Shown here: positions 59,998 through 64,000 of the stretch, piece by piece | Layout of the letters: every line of letters starts with the position of its first letter | Numbering within the stretch: the first letter of the stretch is position 1 | NCBI GenBank assembly: GCA_964291265.2 | Contig: OZ219747.1 | Coordinates: forward strand, 1,184,001-1,248,000 | DNA from: Alphaproteobacteria bacterium | Lineage (GTDB): Bacteria; Pseudomonadota; Alphaproteobacteria; SP197 | DNA: 64,000 nt | Reading direction: 5' to 3' | Notes under the pieces: generated by a model | What the model saw: the letters and a program-made list of their open reading frames with translations, nothing else | Told to the model about the DNA's origin: nothing | The model's database searches: none | Made by a program: the position numbers and the translations under genes

Positions 59998-60951
59998 ATG
60001 ATTCTCGATGACAAGCTGCGCTCGGGCGATCCGATCGTTCTCGATGGGGCCACGGGCACGGAAATTGCCCGGCTGGGAGGCGCCATGAACAGTGCCGCCT
60101 GGTGCGGCGCCGCCAACAAGACCCACCCCGACATCGTCAGAGGGGTTCACGAGGCCTACATCGAGGCGGGATGCGACGTGGTGATCACCAACACCTTCGG
60201 TACCTGCCGTCATGTGCTCGCCGGGGCGGGACTGGCAGACGAGACCGTCGCCATCAACCGGCGGGCTGTCGAACTGGCGCGTGAAGCCGTCGAGTCCGTG
60301 GGACCATCGAAGCCTGTTGCCGTGGCCGGATCCATGTCGACCATGTATGCTTGGAAGGAGGGTACCGTCCATGCGGATCCCGCCTATCTGCCGGACCGGG
60401 AGACGGAAGCCGGCAACTTCGTCGAGATGGCCGAGACACTCGCCGCCGCCGGCGTGGATGTCCTTGTCCTGGAAATGATGCTGGATACCCACAGTGCGGG
60501 CCGTTGCGTCGAGGCTGCCGTCGCCACGGGGCTGCCGGTCTGGGTGGGGATCAGTTGCATCGACGATGATGACGGCAACCTTGTGGGCTGGGACGACATC
60601 CAGTCCAGAGAGAAGGCGAGGCCGCCGGGCCTCGCAGAGATCATCGACGCCCTCATGGACAAGGGCGGCGATGTCTACGGGATCATGCATTCCACGGCGG
60701 ATGTCACCGGTCCTGCACTCGAGTGCCTGGCCCGCCGCTGGCAGGGACCGGTCATGGCCTATCCGGAAACCCTCCAGACCTTTGACCGGCGAACGCATCG
60801 CACCACTGAATCCCTGACGCCGGACGAGTTTGCCCGGTCCTGTCTGGCGTGGCTCGACAGCGGTGTCAGCATCATAGGCGGCTGTTGTGGCACCACGATC
60901 GATCACATCCGTGCGCTGGTCCGCCATATGAAGGCCAGGGCCTCAGGATAG
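59998..60951 (+). CDS. Homocysteine S-methyltransferase family protein
   Basis: VLDGATGTE, H.AYIEAG.DVVITNTF, VAGSM, IIGGCCGT; AGGAGGAG RBS. Confidence 0.92.
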   Translation: MILDDKLRSGDPIVLDGATGTEIARLGGAMNSAAWCGAANKTHPDIVRGVHEAYIEAGCDVVITNTFGTCRHVLAGAGLADETVAINRRAVELAREAVESVGPSKPVAVAGSMSTMYAWKEGTVHADPAYLPDRETEAGNFVEMAETLAAAGVDVLVLEMMLDTHSAGRCVEAAVATGLPVWVGISCIDDDDGNLVGWDDIQSREKARPPGLAEIIDALMDKGGDVYGIMHSTADVTGPALECLARRWQGPVMAYPETLQTFDRRTHRTTESLTPDEFARSCLAWLDSGVSIIGGCCGTTIDHIRALVRHMKARASG

Positions 60952-61437
60952 ACTTGCCGGGTCTGATGCACCGCTGCCGTCCGATCCACTTCGTCGGACC
61001 ATCACAGGGCAATGGACAGTCGTTCTGATGAGTTCCTGGCTCCGGCCCTCGCTCACGGCACCAACCGGTTGATCCTCGAACGTCTTCCGGCCCTTGGCGT
61101 GAACCAGGCGTGGCTGGTCGCGGGATGTCTCTTCGGCCCAGTCTGGAACGGACCAGCGGTCGGGGGCCGGCATTCGCGACTACGACATCTTCTACCGGGA
61201 TCCCGACACGTCCCGGAAAGCCGAGGATGCCGCGATTCGACGAGCCGACGACCTCCTTGCCGATCCCTGCATCGTGCACCAGGTACGCAACCAAGCCCGC
61301 GTTCCCCTCCGGTTCGGGCAGCGTTTCGGCCAGCCCTGGCCCGGAGTGCCGATAGCATCGGCCGGTTCGTCGCTTGTTGCACCTGCGTCGGAATGCGCCC
61401 GCGGGATGACGAGGACGTCGACTTCCACGCCCCCGGG

Positions 61438-63855
61438 CTGCCCATTGCCCACAAATTCCGTCTGGCTAGCTGATGTGTTGCCGCACGGCGCTGTCGTCCC
61501 CGGCATCGACACTGTGACCAAGCATCCACGCCGTGAACGACAGCGCAGCCTGACCGTTCCAGGTGATCTCCGCGCCGGGCGGGCCGTCCTTGCTGCGGTT
61601 CAGGTATCCGCCCATCGTCGCCACGAGGCGGAATGCCGCTGAGAGATCCTCGGGCGGCGGCAGCTTGCGGACATGCGCGAAGTCTTTCAGCAGTGCCAGT
61701 TCGATGTCGGTGAATGCGGTCCTTGCCGGAAGCTCCGGTTCCGTTCGCGCCAGGTGGGTGAGAGCGGCGATGCGCCAGGCAATCACCGCGTTGATGGCCA
61801 CGGCCCGTTCGATGCGTCCCCCGGTACGATGCGCGATCGTCTCCACCTTGCAGCCCGACTTGAGGATCCTGTGCCAGTCCTCGATCCGCCACCTCAACCC
61901 GTAGAGCCGCACCACCTCGCGGGCCTGGTGCAGGCTCGTGACAGGCAGGGTCGTGAGCAGGGTCCACGACACCGGTTGTGACCCGTCGTCGGGCCTGTCC
62001 ACCTCCCCGGCATGGATCGCGGTCAGCACCACCGGCTCCGCTCCGAAGCGCGCCCTTGTGTGCGCAGGCGGCGGGATCTCGAGTGTCAGCCAGCGCAGGC
62101 TCACCTGCGCCTGGCGCCTCGCTCGCCCGACGGAGGCCTTCTGCGCCCCTGTCGAACGTCGCTCCGACAATCGCTCCACCGTGAGGGAGAACTGTCCGCC
62201 TTCCGGCGCCGTGCGCACACGCTCGAACAGCTTGGGCCGGCCGCGGCCGAAGCTGCGGTCATGGCGCGCCCGCACCAGCAGCGCCAGACGGCGGCAGCCC
62301 GCCGCACGGTGTTCGTGGAGCACATCGAACGCGTCCCCTTCGCGGTCCATCACCGCCACGGCCTTCACCCCGTCCAGTTCCTTCGTCGCCGCGATGCTGT
62401 GGCGAAGGCCGCGCAGCCACCGCCCGGTCTTGCGCTCCTCCACCGGACGATCCCGGTCGTCCCCGCCGTCCGGGGCGTCGAACTCAAGGTTGACAACGCC
62501 GAGGGGAACCCCGTCGCCGCTCACGGCAAAGGTCGTGTGCAGGTGCAGGCCCGACGTCCCCGAAGACCCCGTGTTGCAGCCGATCATCCCCAGGCCTTCG
62601 CAACCCTGGCGGGTCGCGAAGTTGAGGTCCGTGCCGTCCTGCACCAGAAGCGACAGCGCCTGGCCCTGCATCCGCCGCAGGGTCCGTTCGCGATGCCCCC
62701 CGATGATGGTGGACGCACAGACCGCGTCGTAGTCCGGATGCTCGATCATCCTGTCGTATCCCTTCACCGTCGCTCCGCAGCCAGCCGCCGCAGCGAAGAA
62801 TGTCTTCGTCGGTGACCGGGCCTGAACCTCGGCACTGCGCACAAGCCGCTGCGTCAGGCGGGCGTCTCCTGAGGGCGCGGCGCCGAATTCGTTCTCTGCC
62901 CAAGCCGCGCTGTCAAGGCCGTCCCCGGGCGCCAGGACGCGCCGCGCCTCCAGGCAGGTGTCCCAGTCCGAGGCCAGAGGCAGCAGAAGGATGCGCTTCG
63001 CCGGTTCCGCCACGCCGTCACGAAGCCGGCGCCCGGTGGTCTCACCGACACAGCGCCAGCCGGCCGCCAGGAAGCAACTGCCCCGATACTCCGGCGCGAC
63101 AAAGGTCAAGGGCCAGAACCGGACGGATGCCATAGGCCGCCGCAAAGTCACCACCTAAGCGCCGGGCCGCCATGCCCAGGACCCGCGACGCAAGATAACG
63201 TACACAGACGGATGGACGGATCAGGAATCGCGCCAGACCGATCACCTCGTCGAGATGCCGCTCGCGGCTCGCATCGTCCCAACCAAGCCAGGCATCCCGC
63301 GCCGCCAGGACCCGCGTCGCCGGAGCAAACAGGAACCCGCCGAGCCAGCCATGCGACGATCCGATCAGGTAGCGCAGCTGACGGCCGACGTGAAGACGGG
63401 CGCTGCGCGAATGCTCCGACGCCATCAGCTCGTTGAAGATCAGCCGAAGCTCCGATCCCTCGACCCGGACAAGCTCAAGGCTCTCGACCGCACCGGCGCT
63501 CGCCGGAAGACCCACAGGCTCGGCAACCGCCACCTCCCTGCGAGCCACGGCACCCCGGCCGCCGCCACGGCGGGGCGAAGGAAGAACGATCCTGCCCGCC
63601 CGCTCAAGACGGCGAAGGGCAACAAAGGCAACTCGTGACCTGCGGTCGCCCGCGAAAGTCAACAAAGCCGAAAGCGTCGCATACCCTGCGGCCGATCTCG
63701 GCACGTGAGACCTCCGGCTGCGCCAGAATCCGCGACAACTTCGCCATGCCTTGTGGCGAGGAAAGCGCGCTGGGAATCGAAACAGGGTCGTCCATGCGCC
63801 CGACCATAGCGCGAAGGAATCAGCGAGTCGAGCGCGAAATGTGTCAGATGGGCAG
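61438..63855 (-). mobile_element. IS4-family (Tn5/IS50-like) element, 2418 bp
   Basis: Imperfect IRs CTGCCCATTGCCCACAAAT / CTGCCCATCTGACACATTT; 8-bp TSD CCCCCGGG (61430-61437 and 63856-63863). Confidence 0.88.
61466..63795 (-). pseudogene. DUF4338-fused IS4 transposase with two apparent single-base frameshifts (~63625, ~63110)
   Basis: GRQLRYLI, RDAWLGW, RFLIRP...LASRVL, G.CF.AAGW..VGET.GR; then VQDGT, VMDREGD, Y.LRWRIEDWHRILKSG, GGYLNR..DGPPG. Confidence 0.85.
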
Positions 63856-64000
63856 CCCCCGGGAGACTCCACGATGTCTTCTCCGGAATCATGCGCCCCG
63901 ACCCGGACAACCCCACTCTCCATCCCTTGCGCACGAAGTGCCAGAGCTACATGGCACGCCGGCCATGGCTGACCATGGTCGACGAGAACCTCGCCAGGTG

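Larger units (their letters stand above)
61012..64000 (+). pseudogene. Nucleotidyltransferase family (DUF925-like) gene, frameshifted and split by the IS4
   Basis: WLVAGCLF..VWN, GIRDYDIFY, VRNQARV; across the IS it reads FHAPG|RLHDVFSGIMRP...K.QSYMARRPWLT. Confidence 0.78.

Overview
GC-rich bacterial window; the gene content suggests an alphaproteobacterium, and the many eroded genes suggest it may be host-associated (both are inferences). From left to right: (1) 1-19.1 kb, a rearranged polyol (erythritol/ribitol/arabitol-type) catabolic locus with two sugar ABC systems, a FucA-like aldolase, two FGGY kinases (one EryA-like), EryB, a SorC/EryD-type regulator, a decayed dehydrogenase, and a degenerate IS110 remnant inserted exactly at an ATGA gene overlap. 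(2) 19.8-39.9 kb, metabolic and signalling genes: GST, 3-hydroxyacyl-CoA dehydrogenase, 2OG-Fe(II) oxygenase, MFS, betC, a HEPN/MNT toxin-antitoxin pair, an MBL-hydrolase/methyltransferase/adenylate cyclase operon, pyrE, a response regulator with an L,D-transpeptidase, and a phoX with an in-frame stop. (3) 40-51 kb, a SWIM-SNF2 helicase, a TAXI-TRAP transporter, a decayed RelBE pair, an orphan AAA ATPase and a GMC oxidoreductase. (4) 51.1-58.5 kb, the most unusual part: a nested mobile element. An IR-bounded IS21-like unit encodes a Zn-finger protein, IstA, IstB, a TOPRIM/primase-like protein and a small basic protein, the last four in overlapping ORFs. An IS66 element (8-bp TSD) carrying a DNA adenine methyltransferase coupled to its transposase has inserted into it. 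(5) 59-64 kb, a homocysteine S-methyltransferase and an IS4 (DUF4338-fused) element that splits a nucleotidyltransferase gene. No rRNA, tRNA or CRISPR array was recognised. All family calls come from motif recognition by eye, not from database searches.
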